The translations under genes and the position numbers were made by a program. This document shows positions 52,000 to 62,020 of a stretch of 64,000 nucleotides of DNA, piece by piece (within the stretch, counting starts at the first letter, position 1; each line of letters begins with the position of its first letter). Under the pieces are notes generated by a model. The model worked only from the letters and a program-made list of their open reading frames with translations. It had not been told where the DNA came from and ran no database searches. The stretch spans positions 1,312,001-1,376,000 of the forward strand of contig OZ251997.1 of assembly GCA_965247095.1 (NCBI GenBank), given 5' to 3'. The stretch is from Candidatus Multivorans sp. GTDB taxonomy: Bacteria > Acidobacteriota > Thermoanaerobaculia > Multivoradales > Multivoraceae.

Positions 52000-53184
52000 C
52001 TACGTCGCCGGATGCCGGGTCAGCCCCGCCTCGTCCGGCGCCGTGCCCCAGCCCGGCCGCTCAGGCAGGACCAGGAAGCCGCCGTCCTCGAACTCCGGCT
52101 CGTGGGTGAAGATCTCGCCGTCCCAGGGCAGCCGATCGATGTCGGTCTCCATGATCCGCAGGTTCGGCACCGCGGCGCTCATGTGGGCGTTCATCATCGT
52201 CGCCAGGTGGCCGTAGTAGTTGTGTGGCGCCACGTTGACCTCGTAGGCGGCCGCCAGAGCCGCGATCTTCATGGACTGCCAGACGCCGTTCCAGACCGCG
52301 TCGATGATCGCGACGTCGACCGCTTGGGCGCGCAGGAACGGCAGGAAGGCGGCTCCCCCGATCAGCGTCTCGCAGGAGCTGATCGGGTGCGCGCTCTCCT
52401 GCCGCACCGTCGCCAGTCCGTCCGCGGAGGGCGTGTCGATCTCCACCCAGAACAGGTCAAGGTCGGCGAGCGCACGCACGATCTGGCGGTAGCCCGAGAT
52501 CTTCGCGTTGAAGTTCAGGTCGAGCAGGATGTCGACGTCCGGTCCGGCGCCCTCGCGCAGCGCTTCGAGATGCCGCCGCAGGTTCGAGATCACCTTGCGG
52601 TCGACGTTCTGGCCCGGCTCGAACGGGCGGCCGAAGCCCGGCGCCCAGCCGCGCGGCGAACCGCTTGAGTAGTCGAAGATGTTCGTCTTGAGCGCGGTAA
52701 AGCCGCGTTCACGGACCTCGGCGCCGAGTGCCGCAACGCCGTCGATGTCGGTGATCGCGTTCCCGTAGTACTGGGGCAGCGCGATGCGCCAGGTCGCGCA
52801 GTGCGACCAGTACACGCGTACCCGGTCGCGCACCCGTCCGCCGAGGAGGTCGCAGCAGGGGACGCCCAACTCCTTGGCCCGGGCGTCCAGCAAGGCGTTC
52901 TCGATCGCCCCGATCGCCATCGCCATGACCCCGGACATCGACTGCCGCGCCCGGGTCAGGAGCCGCTGGTAGATCCGCTCCAGGTCGGCGACCCGGTAGC
53001 CTTTGACCACTTCACCCAACTGCTCGATCACCGTGGTGACGCCGAGCGCGCCCTGGTGCTGGTCGTACTCGCTCCAGCCGACGATTCCATCGTCGGTGGT
53101 GAGCTTCACGAAGTGGTAGTTACGCCAACCCGCGTCGCAGTGGCGGGTTTCGATGCGGGCGACCTTCGATGGTAGAACCTTCAA
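52000..53184 (-). CDS. Mandelate racemase/muconate lactonizing enzyme family
   Basis: GIVGWSE, IENALLD, LLGGRVRD, ALKTN, LDLN, WVE, SCET, APHN. Confidence 0.9.
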   Translation of the reverse strand: MKVLPSKVARIETRHCDAGWRNYHFVKLTTDDGIVGWSEYDQHQGALGVTTVIEQLGEVVKGYRVADLERIYQRLLTRARQSMSGVMAMAIGAIENALLDARAKELGVPCCDLLGGRVRDRVRVYWSHCATWRIALPQYYGNAITDIDGVAALGAEVRERGFTALKTNIFDYSSGSPRGWAPGFGRPFEPGQNVDRKVISNLRRHLEALREGAGPDVDILLDLNFNAKISGYRQIVRALADLDLFWVEIDTPSADGLATVRQESAHPISSCETLIGGAAFLPFLRAQAVDVAIIDAVWNGVWQSMKIAALAAAYEVNVAPHNYYGHLATMMNAHMSAAVPNLRIMETDIDRLPWDGEIFTHEPEFEDGGFLVLPERPGWGTAPDEAGLTRHPAT

Positions 53185-54338
53185 ATCACGTCCCCTCCGT
53201 GGAGCAGTTCCAGGAATTCCGAATATGGCATCACCTCGATCCCGTCGACGACCCGTCGGTCCTGCTCGGCGGTCACGACGATCGACCGCCCCGGCGAGAA
53301 CTCCTCTCGGAACGCTCTCATGGGACGCAGATCCCGGGGACGCACACGACTCTTCACTTCGACCGCGACGGCGCCGCGCCCGAGCACGAAGTCGACTTCC
53401 AGGCCGCCCTTGGTGCGCCAGAACTCGATGGGCAGGTCCTGCTCGCGGTAGCCCCGCGCGGCGATGATCTCAAGCAGGATAAAGTGCTCGAACGCCCGGC
53501 CGAATTCGCTTCCCGCGGCTTGGGTCAGCGTTCGGCGACAGACCTGACCGGCAACGCCTATGTCGAACAGATAGAACTTCGGCGCCGCCGAAATGGCCTG
53601 CCGGCTTCCGGCTCGCCGAAAGGGGTAGATCAGGTGGCCGACCAGAGTGTCGCTGAGGATCTCGAAATAGGTCTTCACCGTCTTGGCATCGACCGCACAA
53701 TCGCGGGCGATCGCTGCAAAGTTCAGCAACTCGCCGTGGCAGAAGGCGAGCGCATCGAAGAACCGGGAGAACGCCGCCACGTTGCGCGTCAGCGCCTCGT
53801 TGAACACCTCGTGGACCAGGTAGTCCCGCACATAGGCCGCCAGAGAACGCTGGTACTGCCGCTGCGGATAGATGCTCGGCAGCATCCCGCGGTTCAACGC
53901 CTGCAGCAGGTCGAAGTCGGGAACTTCCGCCCAGGTCAGGGGGAACAGCTCGAACCGCCAGGCCCTGCCTCCCAGCAGGTTCGTTCCCGCCCGCTTCAGC
54001 TTGCGCGCACTCGAACCACAGAGGATGAACGCCAAGTCGCGCGACTCGATCAGGCGATGCACTTCGTCGAGCAGGGCGGGCACCTTCTGAATCTCGTCGA
54101 CAATCACCGGCTTCGCCAGAGTTTCCGCCGGCTGAGCGTCCAACTCCTCGCCGAGCAGCGACGGTCTGGAGGCGAACCGGAGCATGACCTCCGAGTCAAG
54201 AAGATCGTAGAACACGCTGCCCTGAAAGCGCTCCCGCAGCAGCGTCGACTTCCCGGTCTGCCGGGCGCCCCAGAGGAACGCCGACTGGCGCGGCGGAAGG
54301 TCGATCGTTGCCGTTCGCTGGTAGTACATGACGGGCAT
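53181..54338 (-). CDS. AAA+ ATPase (AAA_14) with DUF4143
   Basis: GARQTGKST, VDEIQK, CGSSA, PKFYLFDIG, WRT..GLEVDFV..VEVKS. Confidence 0.92.
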   Translation of the reverse strand: MPVMYYQRTATIDLPPRQSAFLWGARQTGKSTLLRERFQGSVFYDLLDSEVMLRFASRPSLLGEELDAQPAETLAKPVIVDEIQKVPALLDEVHRLIESRDLAFILCGSSARKLKRAGTNLLGGRAWRFELFPLTWAEVPDFDLLQALNRGMLPSIYPQRQYQRSLAAYVRDYLVHEVFNEALTRNVAAFSRFFDALAFCHGELLNFAAIARDCAVDAKTVKTYFEILSDTLVGHLIYPFRRAGSRQAISAAPKFYLFDIGVAGQVCRRTLTQAAGSEFGRAFEHFILLEIIAARGYREQDLPIEFWRTKGGLEVDFVLGRGAVAVEVKSRVRPRDLRPMRAFREEFSPGRSIVVTAEQDRRVVDGIEVMPYSEFLELLHGGDVI

Positions 54339-54448
54339 CTACTCCTGATTGGTCGAACTAATCGGAATCATACTCCCGTTCGGTCGGCCTCAGGATGAGC
54401 CTGCGGCTTCTCCGGCGCCGAACGCGCCATCGCCGGAGTCTCCCCGGC

Positions 54449-55609
54449 TCAGCCGCCAAGCCACTCGGCGATGACCTCTTCCGTATCGCCGCCGAGAGCC
54501 GAGCTCGGTTCGAGCGGCCCGGACGGCAAGCCGTCGAAGCGCAGCGGGCTGGTCGGCAGAGTGACTTCGCCCAGGGCCGGGTGGTCGAAAGTCTCCAGGA
54601 AGCCGCGCTCCAGGAGATGCGGGTCCGCATTCACCTCCGCCAGATCGCGCACCGGCGCGCACGGCACGTGGCACTCCCGGGCTGCCCGGCAGACCTCGGC
54701 CCGGCTTCGCTCGGCGGTCCAGGCCGAAACCAGGCCCTCCGCCTCCTCCATGTGGGCCACCCTTGCCTCGTTGTTCTCAAAGCGCGGATCGGAGGTCAAC
54801 TCCTCCCGCTCCATCGCCCGCAGCAGGTTCCGCCAGTGCCCCTCGTTGACGCAGATGATGGCCACGAAACCGTCGTTGCAGGGGTACACGTTGTAGGGCG
54901 ATACCCGGCCATGGCGGTTGCCGATCCGCTGCGGCGGCCGGCCGTCGTTGTGCATCAGGCCGAGCTTCGAGAGCATGCTCGGGTAGACCGCCTCCTGCAT
55001 CGCCACCTCGACCAGGCGCCCCCGGCCGGTCCGCTCGCGTTCGTAGAGCGCGCTCACGATGCCGCCGTACAGATGCACGCCGCCCAGGAAGTCGATCAGC
55101 GCCGGGCCGGCCTTGAGCGGCGGGCGCCCCGTTTCGCCGGTGATGCTCATCACGCCGGACGACGCCTGCACCGTGATGTCCATGCCCAGGCGGTCCCGAT
55201 CCGGGCCGCTCAGTCCGTAGGCCGTCCCGGAGGCGTAGATCAGCCGCGGGTTGAGTGCGCTCAACCGCTCCCAGCCGACCGCCAGGCGATCCAGGACGCC
55301 GGGCGCGAAGTTCTCGACCAGCGCGTCGGCAACCGCCGCCAGCCGGCGCAGCAGGTCCCGGCCCTCCTCCGCCTTGAGGTCACAGACCAGGGAGCGCTTG
55401 TTCGAGTTGAGGAACGCGAGCGGGAAGGACGGCGGTCCGCCGTGGACCTCCCGCCGGCGCAGCGGCTCGCCGCCGGGGGGCTCCACCTTGACCACGTCGG
55501 CCCCGGCCTGGGCAAGCAGGAAGCCGGCGTAGGGCCCCTGGTAGATCTGGCCCAGGTCGAGGACGCGGACACCGGCGAGCGGCTTCGGCGCCTGTGTTTC
55601 AGCGGTCAC
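54449..55609 (-). CDS. CaiB/BaiF family III CoA-transferase
   Basis: PLAGVRVLDL, GADVVKVEPPGG, NSNKRS, ENFAPG, catalytic Asp in LIDFLGG. Confidence 0.92.
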   Translation of the reverse strand: MTAETQAPKPLAGVRVLDLGQIYQGPYAGFLLAQAGADVVKVEPPGGEPLRRREVHGGPPSFPLAFLNSNKRSLVCDLKAEEGRDLLRRLAAVADALVENFAPGVLDRLAVGWERLSALNPRLIYASGTAYGLSGPDRDRLGMDITVQASSGVMSITGETGRPPLKAGPALIDFLGGVHLYGGIVSALYERERTGRGRLVEVAMQEAVYPSMLSKLGLMHNDGRPPQRIGNRHGRVSPYNVYPCNDGFVAIICVNEGHWRNLLRAMEREELTSDPRFENNEARVAHMEEAEGLVSAWTAERSRAEVCRAARECHVPCAPVRDLAEVNADPHLLERGFLETFDHPALGEVTLPTSPLRFDGLPSGPLEPSSALGGDTEEVIAEWLGG

Positions 55610-55625
55610 GGCACCGCTCTGGTCC

Positions 55626-56792
55626 TCAGTGGAAGGCACCGCCGATGATGTCGCGGGCGACGATCAGGCGCTGGATCTCGTTCGGCCCCTCGCCCACCCG
55701 CCGTATGCGGAGCTCCCGGTACCAGCGTTCGAGGGGCAGATCCTTCGTCATCCCGTATCCACCGTGGATCTGCATGGCACGGTCGACCACGCGGCTCGCC
55801 CCCTCGCTCGCCACCAGCTTGCAGATCGCCGCCTCCGTCCGGAACGGTTTGCCGGCATCGGCGCGCGCGGCCGCCTCCAGGGTCAACGCTCTGGCTGTGC
55901 GCAGGTCGATCTCGTTGTCGACGATCATCCACTGGACCGCCTGGCGAGTCGAGAGGTAGTCGCCGAACGTCTTGCGCGCCTTCGCGTAGGCGATCGCCAT
56001 CTCCTGGGCCTTGAGCGCCACGCCGACGCAACCCGCCGCGTACGGGATCCGGTTGCGGCTCAGGCGGTCGTTGGCGATCGCGAAGCCCTGATTCACCTCG
56101 CCGAGGACGTTCTTGCCAGGCACCCGCACCCGGTTGAACTCGAGTTCCGCCGCGTAGTGCGTCGAACGCAGGGTGTGGATGATGCGGCGGACGCGGAAGC
56201 CGGGCATGTCCGTGTCGACCAGGAAGCAGGTGATTCCCTTGCGCCCGAGCTCCGGGTCGGTGCGGGCAAAGACGATGCCGAAGTCCGCCTTGTCGGCGCC
56301 GGAGATGAAGGTCTTCTCGCCGTCGATGATCCAGTCGTCGCCGTCGCGCACCGCCGTGGTGCGGATCGCGCGGGCCGGATCGCTACCGCCCGAGGGTTCG
56401 GTCAGGGCGAAGAAGCCGCGCTTCTCGCCCCGCAGCACGGGAAAGAGATAGCGCTCCTTCTGGTCGTCGTCCGCCTCGTACAACTGGGCCAGACCGGCAC
56501 CGCCGAAGACGCCGTAGCAGGGCGCGTAGAGGCCGGCCCGGTGCTGCGCCATCTCGAACGCCATCAACGTCCTGGTTACCAGATCGATGCCGGGGCCGCC
56601 GTACTCCTCCGGGATGTCCAGGCCGTAGAAGCCGAGTTCCTTCGTCATCGCCAGCAGCCGCTCGCGGTGCGCCGGCGGCAACTCGCTCGCGTCCGGGTCG
56701 AGGTCGGCCTCGAGCGGCACGATCTCCTCGCGCACGAAGCGCCGCACCGTTTCCAGGATCAGCTTCTGTTCGGTGCTGAGTTCGAAGTCCAC
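55626..56792 (-). CDS. Acyl-CoA dehydrogenase
   Basis: FALTEPSGGSD, QIHGGYG, RVGEGPNEI. GGAGG RBS before GTG 56792. Confidence 0.93.
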   Translation of the reverse strand: MDFELSTEQKLILETVRRFVREEIVPLEADLDPDASELPPAHRERLLAMTKELGFYGLDIPEEYGGPGIDLVTRTLMAFEMAQHRAGLYAPCYGVFGGAGLAQLYEADDDQKERYLFPVLRGEKRGFFALTEPSGGSDPARAIRTTAVRDGDDWIIDGEKTFISGADKADFGIVFARTDPELGRKGITCFLVDTDMPGFRVRRIIHTLRSTHYAAELEFNRVRVPGKNVLGEVNQGFAIANDRLSRNRIPYAAGCVGVALKAQEMAIAYAKARKTFGDYLSTRQAVQWMIVDNEIDLRTARALTLEAAARADAGKPFRTEAAICKLVASEGASRVVDRAMQIHGGYGMTKDLPLERWYRELRIRRVGEGPNEIQRLIVARDIIGGAFH

Positions 56793-56796
56793 CGGT

Positions 56797-57156
56797 TCAC
56801 CTCCCAGGCGCCGCGATCCGGCCGACGCCCAATCGGCCGACGCGACGGTCGCCGCGGTCCGCGTTGCCCGGCGGCAACTCGCCGTGGTCGGCAAGGTAGA
56901 CGGCGAGCAGCTCCTCGAAGCGACTCCAGTACTGCATGTTCACTTCGTACCGGAACCGCGCCGCCCCTTCATGTTTCGCCGCCGTCTCCGCGACGGCGCT
57001 GCGCAGGCCGAAGCGGGAGCGTCCGCCCGCGAAACCCAGTTCCAGGGTGCCGCCTTGCGCGTCACCGATCTCGAACACACCCAACTGCCCGGGCAGCGCG
57101 GCGATCGCGGCATCGTCCAACTCGCACCAGGGCTTCGTCAGCCGGACCTCGGTCAT
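56797..57156 (-). CDS. Small hypothetical protein with a degenerate GIY-YIG-like signature
   Basis: LPGQLGVFEI.D..G.TLELGFAG...FGLRS..RFRYE..EELL. First gene of the ACAD/CoA-transferase unit. Confidence 0.7.
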   Translation of the reverse strand: MTEVRLTKPWCELDDAAIAALPGQLGVFEIGDAQGGTLELGFAGGRSRFGLRSAVAETAAKHEGAARFRYEVNMQYWSRFEELLAVYLADHGELPPGNADRGDRRVGRLGVGRIAAPGR

Positions 57157-57255
57157 CGGCGGGATGGTATCCCGCGCTCCGGGGTCGCGGCGCTGTGTCA
57201 CAATGCCCGCCGCTCTGGACACATATCGCCAACCTCCGCACGGCGGGAAGCCGGC

Positions 57256-58524
57256 GTGACTTCAAGCTCCCCCACCGGCCCGCCGGACGCCCGCCAGCCT
57301 TGCCCGGAAGGGGCGCTCCTCGAAGGCGTGCGCGTGGTGGAACTCGCCACCATCGTCATGGCGCCCTCGGCATGCGCCATCCTCTCCGACTTCGGCGCCG
57401 AGGTGATCAAGATCGAGGCGCCGGGCAGGGGCGACCCCTACCGCTACTTCCAGGATCTGCCGGGCATGCCGGATTCGGAGATCCCCTACTGCTTCCTGCT
57501 CGACGGCCGCAACAAGAAGAGCGTGGTGATCGACCTCAAGCAGGAGCGCGGCCAGACCGTCGCCCACCGGCTGATCGAGACCGCCGACGTCTTCCTGACC
57601 AACTGCCACAACTCCGTGCTGGGCGACCTCGGCATGAGCTGGGACCGGCTGCGCGAGGTCAATCCGCGGCTCATCTTCGCTCACGGCACCGGCTACGGCC
57701 ACACCGGCCCGGAGGCCGAGAAGCCCGGCTACGACCAGGTCTGCTACTGGACCCGTTCGGGCCTGGTTGCCACGTTCTTCCCGGTCGAGGGCCACCTGGG
57801 GCCGCTCGGGTGCGGCACCGGCGATCACCCCACCGGCGTGACCCTGTTCTCAGCGGTGCTCCTGGGCCTGATGAAGCGCCAGCAGACGGGCAAGGGCTCC
57901 TACGTCACCACTTCGCTCCTCGCGGCGGGCGCCTGGGCCAATGCGTGCGCCATCCAGGCCAAGCTGGTCGGCGCCGAGTTCCACGAAAAGCGGCCGCGCG
58001 AACAAACGATGAACTTCGGCCAGCTCTACTACCGCACCCGGAACGACCGCCTGATCAAGCTGAGCATCGTCGAGCAGGACCGGGACTGGGAGCGCTTCTG
58101 TCTCGCCCTGGACCGCAGCGACCTCATCCCTGACGAGCGCTACTGCACCACGCCCGAGCGGATCGAGAACATGCCCGGGTTCGTCGCCCTGCTCGACGCC
58201 GAGTTCGCACTGCGGGACTTCGCCGAGTGGGGTGAGCGCTTCACCCGCTACGAGATCCCCTACAGCCTGGTCTCGAACCTCGACGACATCGCAAACGACG
58301 AGCAGTTGGAGGCCATCGGCATGTTCCGCGACCTCGACCACCCCAAGTACGGTCGTTTCCGAACCGTCGACAGCCCGGTATTCATCCTCGGCGACGAGAA
58401 GGTCAAGCCCCAGCCGGCGCCCGAACTCGGGGAGCACACCGGCGACCTGCTGCGGGAGCTGGGTCTGGACGCCGAGGAGATCGACCGCCTGGCCGAACGG
58501 GGCGTCATCTCGGGCCGGCTCTGA
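57256..58524 (+). CDS. CaiB/BaiF family III CoA-transferase
   Basis: LEGVRVVEL, GAEVIKIE, RNKKS, GDHPTG, APELGEHT. Confidence 0.92.
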   Translation: MTSSSPTGPPDARQPCPEGALLEGVRVVELATIVMAPSACAILSDFGAEVIKIEAPGRGDPYRYFQDLPGMPDSEIPYCFLLDGRNKKSVVIDLKQERGQTVAHRLIETADVFLTNCHNSVLGDLGMSWDRLREVNPRLIFAHGTGYGHTGPEAEKPGYDQVCYWTRSGLVATFFPVEGHLGPLGCGTGDHPTGVTLFSAVLLGLMKRQQTGKGSYVTTSLLAAGAWANACAIQAKLVGAEFHEKRPREQTMNFGQLYYRTRNDRLIKLSIVEQDRDWERFCLALDRSDLIPDERYCTTPERIENMPGFVALLDAEFALRDFAEWGERFTRYEIPYSLVSNLDDIANDEQLEAIGMFRDLDHPKYGRFRTVDSPVFILGDEKVKPQPAPELGEHTGDLLRELGLDAEEIDRLAERGVISGRL

Positions 58525-58587
58525 CGCTTCCGGAATCTCGGACTACAATCCCTCTTCCCGACCGAAACGCCACCCAGGAGACGATCC

Positions 58588-59817
58588 ATGGACTTCCAGG
58601 ACTCACCACAAGAGGCCACCTTCCGCGCCGAGGCGCGCGCCTGGCTCGGAGCGAACGCCGAACCCCTGTCTCCCGGCGACACGTCCCGGTATGCCGGGCT
58701 TCCCGAGCAGGAAGGGCTGGCCGCGGTCAAGGAGTGGCAGCAGAAGAAGTACGACGCCGGCTGGGCCTGCATCACCTGGCCGAAGGAGCACGGCGGCCGC
58801 GGCGCGACCTTCATGGAGGGCGTGATCTGGGACCAGGAGGAAACGAAGTACGACGTTCCCGGCGGCTACCTCAACATCGGCCACGGCACCTGCGCGCCGG
58901 CGATCATGGCCCACGGCACGGAGGAGCAAAAGCGCCGCTACCTGCCCAAGCTGGCCAGCGGCGATGAGGTCTGGTGCCAGCTCTTCTCCGAGCCCGGAGC
59001 GGGCTCCGATCTGGCAGGCCTGCGCACGCGCGCCGAGCGCGACGGCGACGAGTGGGTCGTCAACGGCCAGAAGGTCTGGAACTCGGGCGCCCACTTCGCC
59101 GACTGGGGCATCCTGGTCACCCGGCACGACCCCACGGTGTCCAAGCACAAGGGCCTGACCTTCTTCGTGGTCGACATGAAGTCTCCGGGCATCGACCCGC
59201 GGCCGATCCGCCAGATTCCGGGCACCGCCGAGTTCAACGAGGTCTTCCTGCAGAACGTGCGGATCCCGGACCACAACCGTCTCGGCGAGGTCGGCGCCGG
59301 CTGGCAGGTCGCAATCACCACCCTGATGAACGAGCGCCACGGCAGATACCAGATGACGCCCGACTGGAGCGACGCCCTCCGCCTCGCCTCCGAACTGGAG
59401 ATCGACGGCGAACCCGCGGCGTCGCAGAGCGCCGTGCGCGACCGGATCGCCGACTGGTACGTGCAGTGCCGCGGCGTCGAGTTGACCTTCCTGCGCACCC
59501 TGACCGCCATCTCCCAGGGCAAGCAGCCGGGGCCGGAGAACTCGATCTGCAAGGTGATCACCGCCAGCGCCCGGCAGGACATCGCCTCATTCGCCGCCGA
59601 CCTGCTGGATGTCGCCGGTTCCATCAGCGGCCGTGAAGACGCCCCCGCAGGCGGCATGTTCCACTACGCCTACCTGGCGGCCCCCGGCATGCGGATCGCG
59701 GCCGGCACGGACGAGATCCTGCGCAACATCATCGCCGAGCGCGTTCTCAGCCTGCCCGGCGAAATCCGCGTCGACCGCGACCGGGCCTTCAGCGACATCC
59801 CGACCGGCTCGAACTGA
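58588..59817 (+). CDS. Acyl-CoA dehydrogenase
   Basis: WCQLFSEPGAGSDLA, NGQKVW, EFNEVF, IAAGTDEILRNIIAER. Confidence 0.93.
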   Translation: MDFQDSPQEATFRAEARAWLGANAEPLSPGDTSRYAGLPEQEGLAAVKEWQQKKYDAGWACITWPKEHGGRGATFMEGVIWDQEETKYDVPGGYLNIGHGTCAPAIMAHGTEEQKRRYLPKLASGDEVWCQLFSEPGAGSDLAGLRTRAERDGDEWVVNGQKVWNSGAHFADWGILVTRHDPTVSKHKGLTFFVVDMKSPGIDPRPIRQIPGTAEFNEVFLQNVRIPDHNRLGEVGAGWQVAITTLMNERHGRYQMTPDWSDALRLASELEIDGEPAASQSAVRDRIADWYVQCRGVELTFLRTLTAISQGKQPGPENSICKVITASARQDIASFAADLLDVAGSISGREDAPAGGMFHYAYLAAPGMRIAAGTDEILRNIIAERVLSLPGEIRVDRDRAFSDIPTGSN

Positions 59818-59958
59818 CGGGCCGGCGCCGGGACGACGTCAGGCGCCCGTGTTCCGGCACATCGTCCGCCGGCCCGGCACCCCGGCCGTCCGACCCCGTC
59901 CAGTCCGAGCCGGAGGCCGGAGGAGAGGGGTGCGCGCCTCTGCCCGTGCGCCCGTGCG

Positions 59959-61329
59959 CTAGCTGGCGACTTCGCTTTCGCTGCCGGGGAACAGGAGCTT
60001 GGCCATCTGGATCTGTGAGCGGTGCACGAACAGAATGACCTGGTCGTTCGCGCGCAGCACGTTGCCGCGCTCCGGCATGAACACCCGATCGCCTCGCACC
60101 ACGGCGCCCACGATCAGGCCCCTGGGGGCCTGGAGCTCAGCAAGCGTGGCGCCGGCCGCCGGGCTGGCCTCGTGGATCACGCGCTGAACCACCTGCAGGG
60201 CGCCGTCGGCCAGGTTGACCAGGTTCGTCTTGTAGCCATTGGCGACGAAGTTGCGGACGTGGTCGATCGCCAGGGAGTGCGGCGACACGAGCTCGACCTC
60301 GCCGACCCGCTGCCAGAGCCGGCTCGTCGTGTGATGAATTAGAGCGACCACCTGCCGCACGCCCAACTCCTGGGCGATCAGCCCCGCAACCACGTTGCTG
60401 TCGTCGTGGCTGGTGGCCGCGATCAGCACGTCGGCCCGGCCGAGTCCCTCGCTCTCCATGGTCGCGGCGTCGATCGGATCGCCGTGCAGCACCTCGACGT
60501 CGGGAAACGACTGGGCCAGGTACTCGGCGCGCCGCCGGTCGCGCACCATCCAGCGCAGGCGTTTGACCTCGTTCCGCAGCGCCTTGACCACCGCAGCCGC
60601 GGCCGAACTGCCACCGGCAACGGCCACGGTGTGGGGATGTTCGACCCGGGACGCGAACAGCTCCTCCACGTCGTGGGTGGACTTCGTGCGGCAAAGGACC
60701 ATGGCCAGACCGCCCGGAGCGGCCTGCAGGTCCGGACCGGGGATCGACAGTTCGTGCTCCGCATCGAAGTAGCCGACGATCCGGACGCCCTCGGGTAGCG
60801 GCACTTCGCGCAGCGGCCGGCTGGCGACGGTGCTGTTCGCCTGCACCTGGATGGTGCGCAACTCGAAACGCCCCTTGGCCAGATGGTCGACCTCGTAGGT
60901 GTGGTGGCCGAGCACGACGTTCAGGATCGCGTTGGTCGCCAGACTCTGGGGCGACAGCAGAAGGTCGGCGCCGAACAACCGCTCGTAGGAGCGGCGGTAG
61001 ACGGTCAGATCCTCGGACGTGTCAAGCCGCACCACGCACCGCTTCGCGCCCAGGTTGCGAGCGATCACGGACGCCACCAGGTTCGCCTCCTCCGACGAAG
61101 AAGCGGCGATGAAGAGGTCCGCGGCGCCGACGTGAGCCCGCTCGAGCACCGCCTGGTGGGCGCCGTTGCCGACCACGAAGGCCGCGTCCAACTCCTCCTC
61201 GATCCGCCGCCCCTTGTCCGGATCGATGTCGATCAGGGTCAGGCTCCGACCCTCGCGTCCGAACGCCTCGGCAATATGGAAGCCCATATCGCCAATGCCC
61301 ATGATGCAGTAGTGGCCGTTCGCGCTCAT
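59959..61329 (-). CDS. trkA: Trk potassium uptake NAD-binding subunit
   Basis: Two RCK_N/RCK_C pairs, GIGDMG, SSSEEANL, TSHDDSN, 456 aa. Confidence 0.88.
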   Translation of the reverse strand: MSANGHYCIMGIGDMGFHIAEAFGREGRSLTLIDIDPDKGRRIEEELDAAFVVGNGAHQAVLERAHVGAADLFIAASSSEEANLVASVIARNLGAKRCVVRLDTSEDLTVYRRSYERLFGADLLLSPQSLATNAILNVVLGHHTYEVDHLAKGRFELRTIQVQANSTVASRPLREVPLPEGVRIVGYFDAEHELSIPGPDLQAAPGGLAMVLCRTKSTHDVEELFASRVEHPHTVAVAGGSSAAAAVVKALRNEVKRLRWMVRDRRRAEYLAQSFPDVEVLHGDPIDAATMESEGLGRADVLIAATSHDDSNVVAGLIAQELGVRQVVALIHHTTSRLWQRVGEVELVSPHSLAIDHVRNFVANGYKTNLVNLADGALQVVQRVIHEASPAAGATLAELQAPRGLIVGAVVRGDRVFMPERGNVLRANDQVILFVHRSQIQMAKLLFPGSESEVAS

Positions 61330-61348
61330 GTCCTGTCCAGCATAAGCC

Positions 61349-61493
61349 AACCCGGGTGGCGCGCCCCGCGCCACCCGCGAAACACTCCGTTCGCGAGTCA
61401 TCGAGCGGACGGATGACATCCGGGTGGCGCGACCCGCGCCACCCGCGAACCATTCCGTGCGCGAGTCATCGAGCGCTCGGATGACACACCCGG
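61349..61493. repeat. Two tandem units (~68 bp period) of the two-hairpin REP-like element
   Basis: CCGGGTGGCGCG..CGCGCCACCCG..GTCATC..CGGATGACA at 61352 and 61420, homologous to 8485-8558. Confidence 0.8.
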
Positions 61494-61589
61494 CAGTCTG
61501 CGGCTCACTCCGCCTGCGTCCGGCGGTCTGTTACGGTAGCCGCTTCCTTCCGCAAGGCGGTGATTGTTCGCCCCGATTGAGGGTCGCTT

Positions 61590-62012
61590 GTGAGCGAACT
61601 GAAGACGAAGCAGAACGACGCCAGCGTCGAGGCGTTCCTGGGCGCGGTCGGCAGCGATCGGCGGCGTGAGGACAGCTTCACCGTCCTCGAGTTGATGAAG
61701 CGGATCACCGGCGAAGAGCCCCAGATGTGGGGCGCCGCGATCGTCGGCTTCGGCAGCTACCGCTACCGCTACGCGAGCGGCCGCACCGGAGAATGGCCGC
61801 GAATCGGTTTCTCGCCCCGCAAGCAGAGCCTGACCGTCTATGTCATGCCCGGGTTTTCGGGCTACGACGAGCTCCTCTCCCGACTGGGCAAGCACCGGAC
61901 CGGCAGGTCCTGCCTCTACATCAACAAGCTGGCCGACATCGACATGGGCGTGCTCGAAGAGCTGATCAGGAGCGCCCTCGACGCGATGCGGGAGAAGTAC
62001 CCGGAGGAATGA
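61590..62012 (+). CDS. DUF1801 (YdhG-like) protein
   Basis: MWGAAIVGFGSYRYRYASGRTGEW, GFSPRK, LGKHRTGRSCLYINKL. Confidence 0.88.
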   Translation: MSELKTKQNDASVEAFLGAVGSDRRREDSFTVLELMKRITGEEPQMWGAAIVGFGSYRYRYASGRTGEWPRIGFSPRKQSLTVYVMPGFSGYDELLSRLGKHRTGRSCLYINKLADIDMGVLEELIRSALDAMREKYPEE

Positions 62013-62020
62013 AGGAGCAA

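Noticed and set aside
59959-61329. trkA without an adjacent trkH
   Set aside because: trkA and trkH are often unlinked, so this is not informative.
61349-61493. Possible mini CRISPR array
   Set aside because: The inter-repeat segments are similar to each other rather than unique spacers, there are only two units, and no cas genes are present.
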